A stretch of 64,000 nucleotides of DNA, from assembly GCF_000143415.4 (NCBI RefSeq), contig NW_003314319.1, forward strand, positions 710,365 to 774,364, read 5' to 3'. A program made the position numbers and the translations under genes. The notes beneath the pieces were generated by a model, which saw only the letters and a list, made by a program, of their open reading frames with translations, had not been told where the DNA came from and did not search any database. The DNA comes from Selaginella moellendorffii (lineage: Eukaryota > Plantae > Lycopodiophyta). Shown here one piece after another: positions 12,905-25,672 of this stretch. Positions within the stretch are counted from its first letter, which is position 1; each line of letters begins with the position of its first letter.

Positions 12905-15287
12905 ATGAAGGCAAGGAAAAGAAAGGTATGGTCTGCATTGGGCTCTTTTTTTTGTTCTTCCTCGCTGTGGTGAAAAAGAAGCAAAAATTTATCCTCGTTT
13001 TTTCACGCAGGACGAGAGGCACCGAAGTGTATCCGATGCCAAGCGCCGGAAAACCGAGCCACGGAGAGGGAAGGGATTACTGGTGCCTCCTCCTCGCGAT
13101 AACAATGCGGTGAGTTTTAGTTCCATCTCTCGAAACAACCCAGTAACTATTCCTTCGCAGCTCCTGCCATGCAAGGATTTCTTTGGAGCTGGAGGAACAG
13201 TTCTAGCGAGCAACGTTCTTCATCGTTTCCCCGACCACTGCGAGCCCACGTATCCGAAAAGGCCAATTCCAACACCTGGATATCGTCTCGTTGATGGCGA
13301 AGAAGAGATTAACAGGTATCGCGAGGAAAGTGAGAGCGAGGAACGAGAGGAAGAACACGAGAGCGATGACAGGTCTAGCAGTCACCAGGAGGAGATAGAA
13401 CTCGAAAGGAGCCCGAGCTTTTCAAACACTAGAGGCTGCGGAAAGGCTATCTACAAGGGATTGCTGGATAAGAACCGGGGATGTAATTGCAACGTTCTCG
13501 TGGTAGAGTTCGATCGGGGATGGAGAGAGTATGGAGCTACTGTGGAGCTCCACAGTGGTCACAGGGGCTGGTATCTTTGCGTGCTTCTGCAAGGGGAGAC
13601 GTTGTTCGTCCAGGAGATTAGACGAAGGTTTTTCCACTACAGCACCAACGGGTTCTCGGGTTCTTTCATGTGGAAGGCCGACCAGGGATGGATGCTCGAG
13701 TTTAAAAACACCATGCAGCTCAACGCTTTCAAGAGAGTTTTCGAGAAGTGCTATCAGAAGAACTACATGCTTGCGGCTTCTCGAAAACTTCCAACTCCAA
13801 AGTTCCAGGTCGTGAAAGACTTGGATACTCGGTGGAGGGGGCCGGCTTTTATCCGTCCTGCGAATGGATACATTCCGACGCCTGAGGTGAATCTGGAAAC
13901 CCGGGTTCTCTACGACATGGATTGCGAGGACGAGGAATGGCTGTCGAACTTGAACGGGAAGGCTGGCGGTTACACGAAGATCTCGGAGCAGAAGTTCGAG
14001 AAGATGATGTACACGCTGGAGAAGTATTCTCATGATCGGAACGAGCTCTTGTCAATCGACGCGGCAAGTGAGGTTTGTCTACACGTTGCGTCGCTGAAGA
14101 TCATTAAGCTGATCCATGGCTATTGGATTGAGAAGAGACGGAGGAACGGAATATCTTTGGTGAGATATTTCCAGGTATACTCCTCTCTTTTGTTTTCTAC
14201 TGCTTTTTTGCACTAAACTTTCTCTCTGTTTATTTTCGCAGCCAGAGCGCTGGAAGCAGTACCGGGACTCCTCTAAAAAACAGAAGAGGCATTTATTTGC
14301 GTTTTGCCTGCCTCCTCGAGGACTTGAAATTGAGTCTCTACCAGAGACTGTCTCTTCGAGCTCGCCCGTTTTGGATGCTACTGATCAAGATGTTCCAAAT
14401 CCAGTTGGTAAGATATAGCTTTTGCTCTGTGTAGTTTTAACCACCTTTCTTTTCTAGGCGTGGAGAATATCGAGTCTCCTTCACTTCCGGAGGTCTGTGA
14501 TGAAGCATCGGTTCCATCCGATGAAAAAGAAGCTGAAAGTAGAGAGCCGGCGCAAACCGACCTCGGCTTTAAGAAGTTTGTGGGGACGAAAGAGGTTCGT
14601 CCTCAACCAGGAGATCTCGTCTGGAAGAAATACACTGGACGGGCCAATCCGGAGGAGATGAAGAAGCTCAAGGTGATACATCAGATGCGACAGTCGGGCA
14701 TCAAGCACTTCACCAGACGAAAAAAAGTGCCGCAAATCTCGAGATCGAAGTCCTCCAAATCGTCCAAGTCGCCATGCAATGGGAGCCTTACGAACGAGGC
14801 TAGTTCTTCGCAGGAAGGGACGTCGGACTTACTGGCACTGGCAGAAGCGGCAACTCTTTCTCCGTATAGAAAAGAGAGGCCTGCTAGCAGCACCGGCGGA
14901 GAAGACACCGAGATGGAGTCCGAGATAGAGACTCCGGCTAAAGAAACTCTGGTTGAAAAAACCGTTGAGGCTTCAACGATTCAGGAGAGAGTGGATGAGA
15001 TGATCAGGCAGAGGGCGCAACTAGAGAAACTGGCGTTGAAGAAACAGATGAGCAAGCTCAAGCAGCAGATGAAGATGGTGAACCAGCAGCAACAGCAGCA
15101 GCAGCCGCTGGTGGTGGACTCGAGCTTGCCGGAGCTGGAAGATTTTGGAACCTGGAGCGTAGAATTCCAGAAAGCGATCGAGAGGCTCGAGGAGCACAAG
15201 AGGAAGAAGCAGCAACTCCAACAGGTCCGGAGCAAGGACCAACAGCGGGTTGTGTCGGTGAGCGTCAAGCGCACCAATTCAAGGTAG
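12905..15287 (+). CDS. Enhancer of polycomb-like (EPL1/EPC domain) protein with coiled-coil/polyQ C-terminus
   Basis: Contains the EPL motif 'VLYDMDCEDEEWLSNLN...ISEQKFEKMMYTLEK...IHGYWIEKR' and 'FSGSFMWK...WMLEF'. Proposed exons are 12905-12925 (MKARKRK), 13011-14174, about 14241-14407 and about 14458-15287, with GT-AG borders. Confidence 0.8.
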
Positions 15288-15761
15288 GATTTCTACTTCA
15301 TATCTGTGTTCTTTCTCCTGTTTCCTTTGTTCTCTGCACGGTGCATTAGAATTTTTCTGCTTGTATCATACTTGTAGATTCTCAGGAGCTATCTTTTCAA
15401 AGGTTTAGGCTCAGAACGTTCACGTTTTCGTTTTCCATCGCTTTGACTTCTCCTTGTTGGTTGCCTTTTTGTGTGGCTTCTTTTCATATTCTAACGATCC
15501 AAAATCTTTTTTTGGTGGGTGTGTGTGTAGATTTAGCACGCTGTTGCTGGTGGTAGCCAATTCAGCAGCCGAGGTTGAGAGCTCTTAACTTACAAAAAGA
15601 GAATGAGAAGAAATGTAGCGCAAACAATCCTAGTTTGTAAAACATACATAAAAGAAAAAGCCTTTTGTAATGCAAAAGGTGGTGCATTGGAATATACCAA
15701 GGGTTGGGCCTTTATATGTGTGCTTAAGGTTAGGGGAACATTACCTTTCGTTCTTTCGAAG

Positions 15762-16439
15762 ATGAGCGGACAGTGGGATTTCACATTAGAAGTTGTGCTC
15801 AAGGCCGAGAAGACCAAGTTCAAGGAGGACTTTGCTGCGTCTCTTTTACCGCCACCTCTGGATCCAAGCAAGCCAACGCTGGTTTTGGACATGGACGACA
15901 CCCTCGTCCACAGCCGACGGGGGAAGGCAACGCTCAAGCTCGTCAGCGGGAAAGTTGTGGCAGTGCAGCGCTACATGGTGGCTAAGCGGCCCGGCGTGGA
16001 CAAGTTCCTGCGGGACATGGCAAAGCTCTACGAGATCGTGGTGTTTACCGCGTCGAAGCAGTATTATGCGGACACGATTCTGGACAAGCTCGACCCGGAG
16101 GGATTGATCACTCACCGCCTGTACCGGGAGTCGTGTGTGTCCTGCGATGGGGAAACGATGATCAAGGACTTGTCGCGCTTGGGTCGCGACTTGAAGCGGG
16201 TGGTGATTGTGGACGACAAGCCCCACTACTTTTCCCTGCAACCCAGGAATGGAATCCAGATCCCAGCTTTCAGGAATGTCAAAGGGAAGAAGTATTTGCA
16301 ACTCAAGCATATTGGGTTCTTCCTTGAGAAGGTCGCTGGAGCGAAGGATTTGACACTGGAGCTTGAGAGGGCGAAAATAATTAAGAGATCTAGGAAGGTT
16401 TATGAGATCTTTCAAGAACTCTTCTGTATCAAGCCGTAA
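15762..16439 (+). CDS. CTD small phosphatase-like / NIF (FCP1-type HAD) phosphatase, intronless
   Basis: Motifs include 'KPTLVLDMDDTLVHS' (DxDxT), 'KRPGVDKFL', 'YEIVVFTAS' and 'IKDLSRLGRDLKRVVIVDD'. Confidence 0.9.
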   Translation: MSGQWDFTLEVVLKAEKTKFKEDFAASLLPPPLDPSKPTLVLDMDDTLVHSRRGKATLKLVSGKVVAVQRYMVAKRPGVDKFLRDMAKLYEIVVFTASKQYYADTILDKLDPEGLITHRLYRESCVSCDGETMIKDLSRLGRDLKRVVIVDDKPHYFSLQPRNGIQIPAFRNVKGKKYLQLKHIGFFLEKVAGAKDLTLELERAKIIKRSRKVYEIFQELFCIKP

Positions 16440-16689
16440 AACCTTGTCACTCTTTTGCAACAATGGTTAGAGTTAGACTGCAGTGGCGCTTAATTCTTTT
16501 TGGAAAATGGAAATCAAGTTCTCTCACAGCTATGTATTTCTGCCATCTTTGTGCAAGATACATCTATGATTTTAAAGAACAAACTTCATCGAAAACTACC
16601 CTTTTCTTAGACAACCAAAAGCGTGCGTTTCTTGATTAAGCCAAAAGCGTGCGTTTAGCTTAGATGCCTGGGTTTAGGGTTTGGCAGCT

Positions 16690-18277
16690 ATGGAGGAGGA
16701 CGATGGCGCTGCTCCCAGCACCAGCAGCGCCAAGAGGAAGAAGCGCTCTCGCCAAAAGGTAACGCTGGATGTGCTGGCGAGGGAGGAAGGCGCGCAGCTC
16801 CCGATTCTGGCGTATTTTCCCACGCCATTCGATCCCTGCGCGCAGCAGTCGACCAAGGACGATCAATCGGATCCGCCCGAGCTCTACGCGAGCACCAAGA
16901 ACTCGCAAATGCAGCTGGTGGTCCGGCCGCCGGGGGGAAATGTGGATTTCGTTGGAGCGAACGCGAACAGTGAAGCCGGTGCCTGGAATCCGACCATGTT
17001 TGCTCTCGGGGTTTTCGATAAGGAGGAGGGAACTCTCAAGATCGTGCCAGTAGTCTCGAATAAGGTACCGCATTCTCGTCCAGGATCTCGCGAATGGTCG
17101 ACCATCTTCATTCTTTTTTTGCTACTTTTCCTTCACAGGTTTTAAGAATGGAACCTAGAGTTCGTGGTGTCTCGTACATGATGGATTACGGCAACCAGGA
17201 TGACACGGAGGTGGATAGAGAAATGAGGATCGATCGGAAGAACACGCTCGTGAATAGATTTGGAACGAAGAAGGCCAAGAACGCGGTAAGTCTTCTGTTG
17301 TTTCTATTGTTCTTTGTTTTTCTTTCTTACAACTTCTTTTCCAGCTGCAAAGAATGTCGAGAGCTGTGGTGAAAGAAACTGCGCTGGGAGGATCTGACGA
17401 GCAATTCAAAGGCTACTTACAGGACGCTGTGCAACAAGAGGGGCTTGTGATGACGAGAAAGGAGGTGGAAAAAGCAGCAAATGCCGCGATGGTGAGAAGA
17501 ATACCGCCTTACAATCTCGACGCCAAGGCTCCCGACGATGCCTATCCTCTCAACAAGATCATAACAAAAGAGGAGTGGCAATCCATGGACTCGAGCGATC
17601 TCATGAAGGCGGCCAAGAAGGCGGCAGAGCTCGAGGCTCTACGCTCGCAAGAAAAATACTGGAACTTTATCCTCGATCGGATACACCGCCTTCGCGTCGA
17701 CGTAAGCAAGTTTTTCTTTCGTTTTCTTTGGCTCGGCTGACACTTTTGTGCACAGGGAGATCGAGAAGGAAATGCCAAGCGGAGTTTCATCATGGTCTAC
17801 CTGAATTACCTCCTCTCGATGTTCCACGCGACGAGGGGCCGCGTGGTGAGCGGCCGCAATCCATTCTTCGACGAGAAGGTGAACCTGGACATGCCGCAAG
17901 TGATCTACGACAAGCTCAGCTCGATGTTCCTGCAAGACGCGCCGCCGCAGACCGAGAAGCGAGGCTCCGGCGGCAGTGGCAAGCTCCTCCACAGGGACTA
18001 CCTCCTGAGCTACATCCTGGTGCTGGCCATGAAACTGGACGGCTTCACGTCCGACGCGCAAGACATGGCTACGGAGCTCAAGATGACCGTGACGGACTTG
18101 CAGCCACACTACGCGCAGCTGGGGTGTAAGGTGGAGGCACCGCATTTTCGAGGCGCGGCAAAGGCAGTGAAACCAAAGGTGACGATGCCGCTGCCATTGA
18201 ATCTGGATGAAGAGGACCCGGCGAACGCCAGGAGAGGCGGAGGAGGAGGTGGTCGGGGCCGAGGTAGAGGACGGTGA
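16690..18277 (+). CDS. RPA49: RNA polymerase I subunit A49 / PAF53-like protein (copy A, intact), 4 exons
   Basis: Motifs include 'VDFVG...FALGVFDKEEGTLKIVP', 'LVNRFGTKK', 'RIPPYNLDAKAPDDAYPLNKII' and 'LLSYILVLAM...ELKM...HYAQLGCK'. Introns are GT-AG. Confidence 0.85.
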
Positions 18278-18336
18278 AATCCTGGAAGTGGACTCGTAAT
18301 CTCCTGGTCGAACCACTTTTGGTTCGAAGATCTTTG

Positions 18337-18495
18337 TTACTTCCAATGCGGAACTCCAGGAACTTTGTTACTTCCAACTTGAAATCCAGGATTCCAACGT
18401 GAAAGTCCAGGAACTTTTTTACTTCCAACGTGAAAATCCAGGATTCCAACGTGAAAGTCCGGGAACTTGTTTCCTTTCAACGTGAAAATCCGGCA
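18337..18495. repeat. Degenerate tandem minisatellite (core TTCCAACGTGAAAATCCAGGA; about 50-bp higher-order unit)
   Basis: About six copies of 'ttccaacgtgaaa(a/g)tccagga', alternating with 'acttttt(g)ttac' spacers, just 3' of RPA49. Confidence 0.8.
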
Positions 18496-19206
18496 TTTCT
18501 ACAAGGTACCAGGTTTCGTCGAGATCGTCTCTACGTGGATAAGCGGTGTGATTTGTTGACATATCCGAATCTTAGCAATCGATTTCAATAAAAGGCGACA
18601 CGTAATGTAGATGTCTTTCTTACTCCTCCTCCACCACCTTTCGGTTCTTAATGGAAAAGATGGCCCTTACCGATAAGAGGATGCGATAGCGCACGCCGCC
18701 TTTCTTGAGCGAGAAAATAAAAAATAAAAAACCAAAGCACCACCGGCACGGAACATTCAAGAAAAAACTATAGCTTTTTTTTAATCGCTAATCGCCCACA
18801 AGCTTGGGCCGGTCCAAATATTTTAAAACGGCCAACGTACGGCCCCGCCAGATATGCCGATCTGATTCCTTTCTTGTGGCCTCAAATATATAACAGCCTT
18901 CTCTCTCACACAATGTGGTGTGTGGTTTTTGATTTTGGGGGGAGAGAGGATGTGAGGGCGATTCTTCCAAGATTGGCGTGTTAGGGTTTCCATCAGGGGA
19001 TCGATCGATCGGGCGCGCACAATGCGAGCGCAGCAGTGGATCGATCGACAGTGGCCGCGGCGGGGCCGCCGCGCAAGAGATTCTTCTCGCGGAATCTCTT
19101 TCCCTGTTGCGGCTTCGTCCTGCATTGTCCCTCCTTTAGTGCTCGCCCGGAAAGGGACCGAAATGGAACTACTTTAGGACTCGGGGAGGGGTATTTTTGG
19201 CGATCG

Positions 19207-22200
19207 ATGATCATGGATCAGGTACGCATCCTTTTTCTCTTCTCTTGAAGTTTTTGCGATTTGATTCTCGGTGTATGCGCAGAAGCAGCACAAGGAGGGC
19301 GATCATCTTCTCATCCTCGAGGGCGACGGCATCACGTATGTGGCCGTCCCGGACAAAGGTAGGATCTGTTTTGTGGATCACCACACGGGGACTTGGGCGC
19401 CTCTCCCCGAGTCCGAGCGATGCTGCCTCCGAGAGAGCCAGCACGTCCACGCGCATGTCCATCACGGAGAGATCACCGAGGATGTCTTGCTCGAACAGGT
19501 TTGGAATTGCCGTTCGTGGACGATTTACAAGCTGCCTTTTTTTTTTTCCTTTGTTTGTTAGTGCTTGGAGGAGACTTGTTGGGCTCTCCCGATGTCCTGG
19601 GACGGGCTGAGTTCATCGCTCAAGGACGAGCACAAGCATAACGACGACTGTGGCCACAACCAAATCGCTCACGGTGATCACTATGACTTTCTAGTCCCCA
19701 AGCAGGATGGATCATACATGCTCATCCGAGATGCCGGGGACTCTCAGTACGAGCATGGCCGCCTGGTTAAGGTGGGGGAATCGCTGGGAAAGCTCAAGAG
19801 GCGGCCGAAGCAGCTGATGGATATCTTCAGCTACCAGGGCCCCGAAGGCAAAGGTTACGAGATTCTTGCCGAGGAAGACGATGCTGTGGTAGCTCCCAGG
19901 CTTGCCGAGGACATCCTAAACATTCCAGAGAATTTCCAGCAAGTTGCACGGACGGTTTTAAACGTCATGGGTATTTGCTGCCCCTCGGAGGTTCCTCTCG
20001 TCAGGAAGATCTTGGAACCTTTACCGGGTGTCAAGGAGGTGTCTGTGAACTACACGTCGCGGATTGTGACAGTTCTTCACGACAGGCTCTTGACTCCTGA
20101 AGGACGTCTAGGTAGAGCTTTAGCTTTCGTGCTTGCTCTGTTTTCTTCTCACACCCGTTTTTTCCTTTCCTTTATTGCCTTTTCTTCAGTCAAAGCACTC
20201 AACGAAGCTAGACTAGACGCAAGTTTACATCATCGTGGAGAGCTAAAGAGGTCTAGTAACTGGCCCAGTCCCTGGACCATTTGTTGCGGTATTCTACTGC
20301 TCGTATCCTTCTTCAAACATTTTTGGAACCCTTTGAAATGGTTCGCTATCGGAGCGGTGGCTGTTGGTATACCGCCGATTTTTATGCGGAGCATAGCGTC
20401 TCTAAGACGATGGATTCTAGACATCAACATTCTTATGCTCATAGCAGGTATGATGAGTTAAAATGGCTTTTCAGTGTCTGATGATAAAACTATATCAGTC
20501 GGCGGTGCTATTGCTCTAACTGACTACATTGAAGCTGGATCGATCGTATTTTTGTTTACTCTAGCTGAATGGCTAGAAGGACGATCGAGCGAGCAGGTAA
20601 ATGTTATTGTTTTTCTTTTCGTTTGTCCTTACCCTTTATGACACTCGTCGTGGTGTCTCAGGCGCGTTCCGCATTGGCGTCCGGTCTGGATGTCCCTCGA
20701 AACGCCATCCTTGCCGAAACCGGGGCGATGGTCCCCGTTGACGAAGTTAAACTTGGATCATCAATTGCGGTCAAAGCTGGGGAGATGATTCCGGTAGACG
20801 GGATTATCATGTCAGGAGAGTGCTCTTTGGATGAAAGCAGCTTGACTGGTGAATCAAAGCCTGTCGAGAAGGCTTGCGGAAGCGAAGTTTGGGCTGGAAC
20901 AGTGAATTTGGCTGGTACGCGCGCTTATTCTTCAAGTTCTCGTTCAAAACTAACTTCATCTCTGTCTACAGGCTACATCACCGTTCAAACCACTGCACTT
21001 GCTGAAGACTCGGCCGTCTCAAGAATGATCAAACTCGTGGAGGAAGCCCAAGCAAAACGATCTCACTTCGAGCAGCTAGTGGAAAAGTTTGCAAAATTCT
21101 ACACTCCTGGTAAGTCCACAAATTTTCTGTGCGATTGCTAATGTAGCATTGCTATGCAGCTTTGGTAGCGACAGCTCTTGGTCTAGCACTCATTCCGTTG
21201 ATAGCGCACACTCACCATGAGAAACACTGGCTGTACTTAGCTCTCATTTTGCTGGTTGTGGCTTGCCCGTGTGCTTTAGTCCTTTCGACGCCCGTCGCAG
21301 TAGCCTGTGGAATACAACACGCAGCAAGACTTGGAGTCGTGATCAAGGGTGGAAGCTACCTTGAAATCCTTGCCAAGATCAAGTGCTTGGCAATGGATAA
21401 GACAGGAACCTTGACAGAGGGACACTTCCGCGTTTCCGAAGTTGTACCTGTTGGTGAAACCGAAGACCTGCAACAAATTTTGTATTGGTAAGTTTGACTT
21501 TTCTGCTGTGTGTCGCTGATAAATATTTTTTGTTGCGCAGGTTAACGAGTGTTGAAAGTAGATCGAGCCATCCAATGGCCGCTGCACTCGTCACATACGC
21601 TAGCTTACAAGATGTTGTTCCATCGAAATCCGTTACAGACTTTCAGATTATTGAAGGCGAAGGTGTTTCCGCCGTTGTGGATGGGCACTTGGTAGAGATT
21701 GGTAACGCGCGATTAGCATCTCGCCTTGGCTGGAGCAGTACAGGTTTCCATCGGCTCCTCCTTCAGTGGACTTGTAATCTAACTGTTCGTATTTCTGCAG
21801 CCATTACGAAGCTAAAGAATCAAACAGGAACCGTCGGCTGGCTTGGAAAGGATCACCAGCTCCTGGCAGTTTTTAGCCTCGAGGATCATGTACGGGAGGA
21901 AGCGGCAGAAGCAGTGTCGAGTCTAAAGGTTGGGCTTGGAGCGTTCTTCCCGTGTTCCTTACAAGCTTTATTTTGTTTATGGCAGCGTATGAAGGTCCAG
22001 ATCCATATGCTAACTGGGGATAACCATGAGACGGCCCAGAGTGTCCAGAGAAAAGTAAGCTTCTATTTCCATCTTCGAAGTGTCACTAAATTATCTCCAT
22101 TGCAGTTGGGAGGAGTTACTGTACACGCCGGTCTTCTCCCCCAGGACAAAGTCAGAATCATCCAAGAGCTGAAAGAAAACCACGGTGTGACGGGAATGAT

Positions 22201-22831
22201 AGGCGACGGGATAAACGACGCCCCGGCTTTAGCAGCGGCGGACGTAGGATTCGCCATGGGTCTAGCCGGATCAGCAGTGGCAATGGAGACATCGGACGTT
22301 TTCCTCATGACCGACGATCTCCGGAAGCTGAGCATGGTGGCGAGTCTGGGAAGGAGAGTCCGCACCAAAGTTATACAGAACGTTGTCATCTCGGTGGGTC
22401 TCAAAGTCGCGATGCTGGCACTCTCGTTCGCTGGCTATGGCTACCTGTGGATGGCGGTCCTGGTAGACGTCGGGGCGTGCTTGCTGGTGATCTCAAACAG
22501 CACGCTTTTACTCCGAGGAACAGGGAAGAAGAGATCATCGGGCCACCACCATCACCACGGAAAGAATTGCAAGGATCACGACCACGATCACGACGGTGGT
22601 AAACAGTGCTCCAAGGACGACGATCACGCCGGAAGAACACAGTGCTCTGATCACGAGCATGGCGCTGAGAAGCACCAGCACCATCGCCATCCCAGCCACG
22701 ACCATGGTCACAACCATAGTCACGAACATAGCCACCACAGTCACGACCATCACCACCACCAGGATCAAGGCCACTCACACTGCAAGAAGAAGCACGCTTG
22801 TGGCAAAGGCCACTCACACGCTCACTGCTAA
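19207..22831 (+). CDS. P1B-type Zn/Cd-transporting heavy-metal ATPase (HMA2/3/4-like) with a His/Cys-rich N-terminal extension and a His-rich C-tail (copy A)
   Basis: Motifs include the metal-binding domain 'GICCPSE', '[10 protein letters not shown]', '[11 protein letters not shown]', 'DKTGTLT', 'SSHPMA' and '[11 protein letters not shown]', plus a C-terminal poly-His/Cys tract. The start exon is inferred (MIMDQ, intron, KQHKEGDH). Confidence 0.93.
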
Positions 22832-23067
22832 CGTTTGACAGAATCTAATTTAAACGCTGAGAATATGCTTGGTGATTGTTATTGGCCTAGGCTCTGTAAC
22901 ACGTGGCAGGCGGTAAAAATAAAACCCCCGCCATTGTGGTTTTAGGTTGGAGGAGGGTTGTGGGTGGATATGCTAGATCGCGGCGATGGCGAGGGCGGCA
23001 GCGTTCTCGCGGAGGATTCTTGATTGTTTTGAGTGATCTGGGGACTCGCATTTTGATTCTGGAGGCC

Positions 23068-25279
23068 ATGGAAGGCGAGGACACGACTTGCCGATCGCTG
23101 CTGCGGGAGCTCCAGGTAACCTCGCGGAATATTGCCTCTGGAGTTTCTCACGATCGCGGTGGATCGGCCGCGCGCAGACCATCTGGGAGGAGATGGGGGA
23201 GAGCGACGAGGAGAGGGACAGAATGCTGCTCCAGCTGGAGCAAGAATGCCTGGATGTGTACCGGCGAAAGGTGGATCAAGCGAATTGCGCGAGGGCTCGG
23301 CTGCACCAGCTGCTGGCGGATTCCGAGTCGGAGCTCGCGTCGCTCCTGTCACTCCTGGGTGATCGCCCTTGCATGGTACGCGTTGTTTGATCCATCTCAG
23401 CTTTTCTAATGCCCGTTGTTCTTCCTTTCAGTTAGAGAAGAGGTCGGGCACTACTCTGCGAGAGCAGCTCTTGTCCGTCTCACCTCAGTTAGAATGCTTA
23501 CGTCTGAGGAAAGAGGAGCGGCTGAAGCAATTTGAGGACGTCCAATGCCAGATACAAAGGCTCTCTCGGGAGATATCGCCGGGGACATTGCAAGAGGCCG
23601 AGAATGGAGCTCTTTGTTGGAAAGATTTATCGCTGAGAAAGCTGCATGAGTACCATTGCCAGCTTCAAGAGCTTCAGGATGAAAAGGTTGGTTTGTATTG
23701 GCACGGTTGGCATTCTTTTTTCTTACAAGCGGCTTTTCCAGAGTAGCCGGCTTCACAAAGTCTCAGAGCTTCTCGAGGTTCTGCAGGGATATTGCGTCCT
23801 TTTGGGGATAGACTACACCGAGGCTGTCAAGGAAGTGCATCCGAGCCTTTGTGATCCAGGCCAGAGCAGAAGTATTAGCGATGAGACGCTAGAGAAATTA
23901 GGCAAGGCGATCGAGGACATGGAGAACGAGAAAAGTGAAAGACTGCAAAAGGTGATAACGGTTTACCTTTTGACAATGACGCGTTAGTTTCATTGCAGAT
24001 TCACAATCTTGTTGCTCTCTTACGCGAGCTGTGGAATCTAATGGATACACCTTTCGAAGAAAGGCAACCATTTCGAAATATCATCCGCAATCTTGCGGCA
24101 CCAGAGCACGATCTAGCGGAGCCTACTTCTCTTACTTTGAAAACCATCGCACAGGTTCTTTCTCATGCGTTTTGTTCTTTCTGATACTTCGCTTGTACAG
24201 GCCGAAAAGGAGGTGGTTAGGCTAAATCAGTTGAAAGTAAGCAGAATGAAGGAACTTGTGCTGAAGAAGCAGGGAGAGTTAGAAGAAACTTGCAACATGG
24301 CTCACCTGGACTGTGATCCAAATCTAACTCAAGAAAAAGTGGCAAGGTTACTGGAGTCAGGTATAAATTTATTCTGTTTACATTTCTTGGCTGATGTGTC
24401 GTGTGCACAGGGATAGTGGACTTGTCGGAGCTACTTGCTACAATCGAAAGTAGTATCGCGGAGGCGAAGGAAGAATCACTCGGTAGACAAGATATAATGG
24501 AAAGAATGGAACGATGGATTAGTGCATGTGAAGAAGAAAGTTGGCTTGAAGAATACAATAAGGTATGAGCGTTACGCTATTTCACTTATTCATTTTCGAT
24601 TGTAGGATGAAAGCCGCTTCAATGCAACCAGAGGAGCACATTTGAGTCTAAAACGTGCAGAAAGAGCTCGTGTCATCGTGGCCAAACTCCCCAGTGCGTT
24701 TGAATTCTTCGTTTGCTATTTCCTTTTCTCAGTTTTCACAACCCGTTTGCAGATCTTCTTGAATCATTGAAGTCCAAAACGCGGTCTTGGGAGGACGAAA
24801 GAGGCAGGCCCTTCTTATATAACGGGGTACGTAAGTGATTTTCGTAGACGCTTCTGAAAGTGCTTTGCAGATTTCTCTACTGGCAATTCTAGAAGAATAT
24901 AGCTTGCTACGACGAGAGAAAGAAGAAGAAAAGCGCCGACTGAGGGTAACTCTGCAGTTTAGTGCCTGTTAAGACGTTAACTGGCTAAATGCAGGAGGAG
25001 AAGAGAATGCAGGAGCAACTGCAAACTGAGCAGGAACTGCTCTACGGCACAAAGCCGTCCAAAAAGGGACAGGTGGGACTTCGCGTGAGTGGAAACAATG
25101 CAAACCGACGACTTTCGATAGTCCCTGAGCCCTTACCCGCACCTAAGGCTAGCAATCAGGGTCCTCAAAAGGGTAGCCGGGTGAAACGCTACTCTCCGAT
25201 GATGAATTACGTTGCCTTGCCTAAGGATCCCGAAGCTTCTTCAATTGGATCAGCTCCGGATTCTCCTGTTGCAGCATGA
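23068..25279 (+). CDS. MAP65: Microtubule-associated protein 65 (MAP65/ASE1) (copy A, intact)
   Basis: Motifs include '[11 protein letters not shown]|[32 protein letters not shown]' and '[21 protein letters not shown]...[14 protein letters not shown]', and the C-terminal 'NYVALPK'. Confidence 0.95.
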
Positions 25280-25672
25280 AGGTCAGGTTTTTGTTAGAAT
25301 GGACCCTTGCGTGATGTTTTGCCTGTGGTGGCCACAGCGGTTTTGAAAATTAGGACGATAAGCGGGGTTTATACTGTAAGTAGAGTTTGTTTCTTTGCTA
25401 TCAAGGGTAATCGCGTATCCTTTCTCCAGTGCTCCGTGTTTTGTGTATTGGGAAAGCGTAGGAGCGTGTGCTATTTGTTCAAAGCTTTGATTGGTGTAAA
25501 GCATCGAACTAATTGTTTCGTGTTAAGTTACATTCAAGGTACATACAAGTCTTGGTTTGCTTACACTTGGAACTTTAAATTCTTTGCGGAGCTTCTGCTG
25601 TCGAGAATTGACGCAGACAAGTTTCACACAGGTGATGCTCTCAAATGATTCAAAGGCTCGCAAGCTTGACAT

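Noticed and set aside
15603-15761. N-terminal extension of the phosphatase ORF
   Set aside because: It is AT-rich, promoter-like sequence containing a TATA-like stretch. The ATG at 15762 fits better.
18337-18495. CRISPR-like repeat/spacer array
   Set aside because: The context is eukaryotic, and the repeats are degenerate and adjacent, without unique spacers. It is a minisatellite.
19207-22831. HMA gene near an NLR as an integrated HMA decoy (RGA5/Pik-like pair)
   Set aside because: It is a complete P1B-ATPase separated from the NLR by MAP65 and a transposon. It is neither fused to nor head-to-head with the NLR.
25307-25648. 113-aa ORF after MAP65, also open in copy C (55497-55835)
   Set aside because: It starts at a GTG in the MAP65 3' UTR, and its conservation is explained by the recent duplication.
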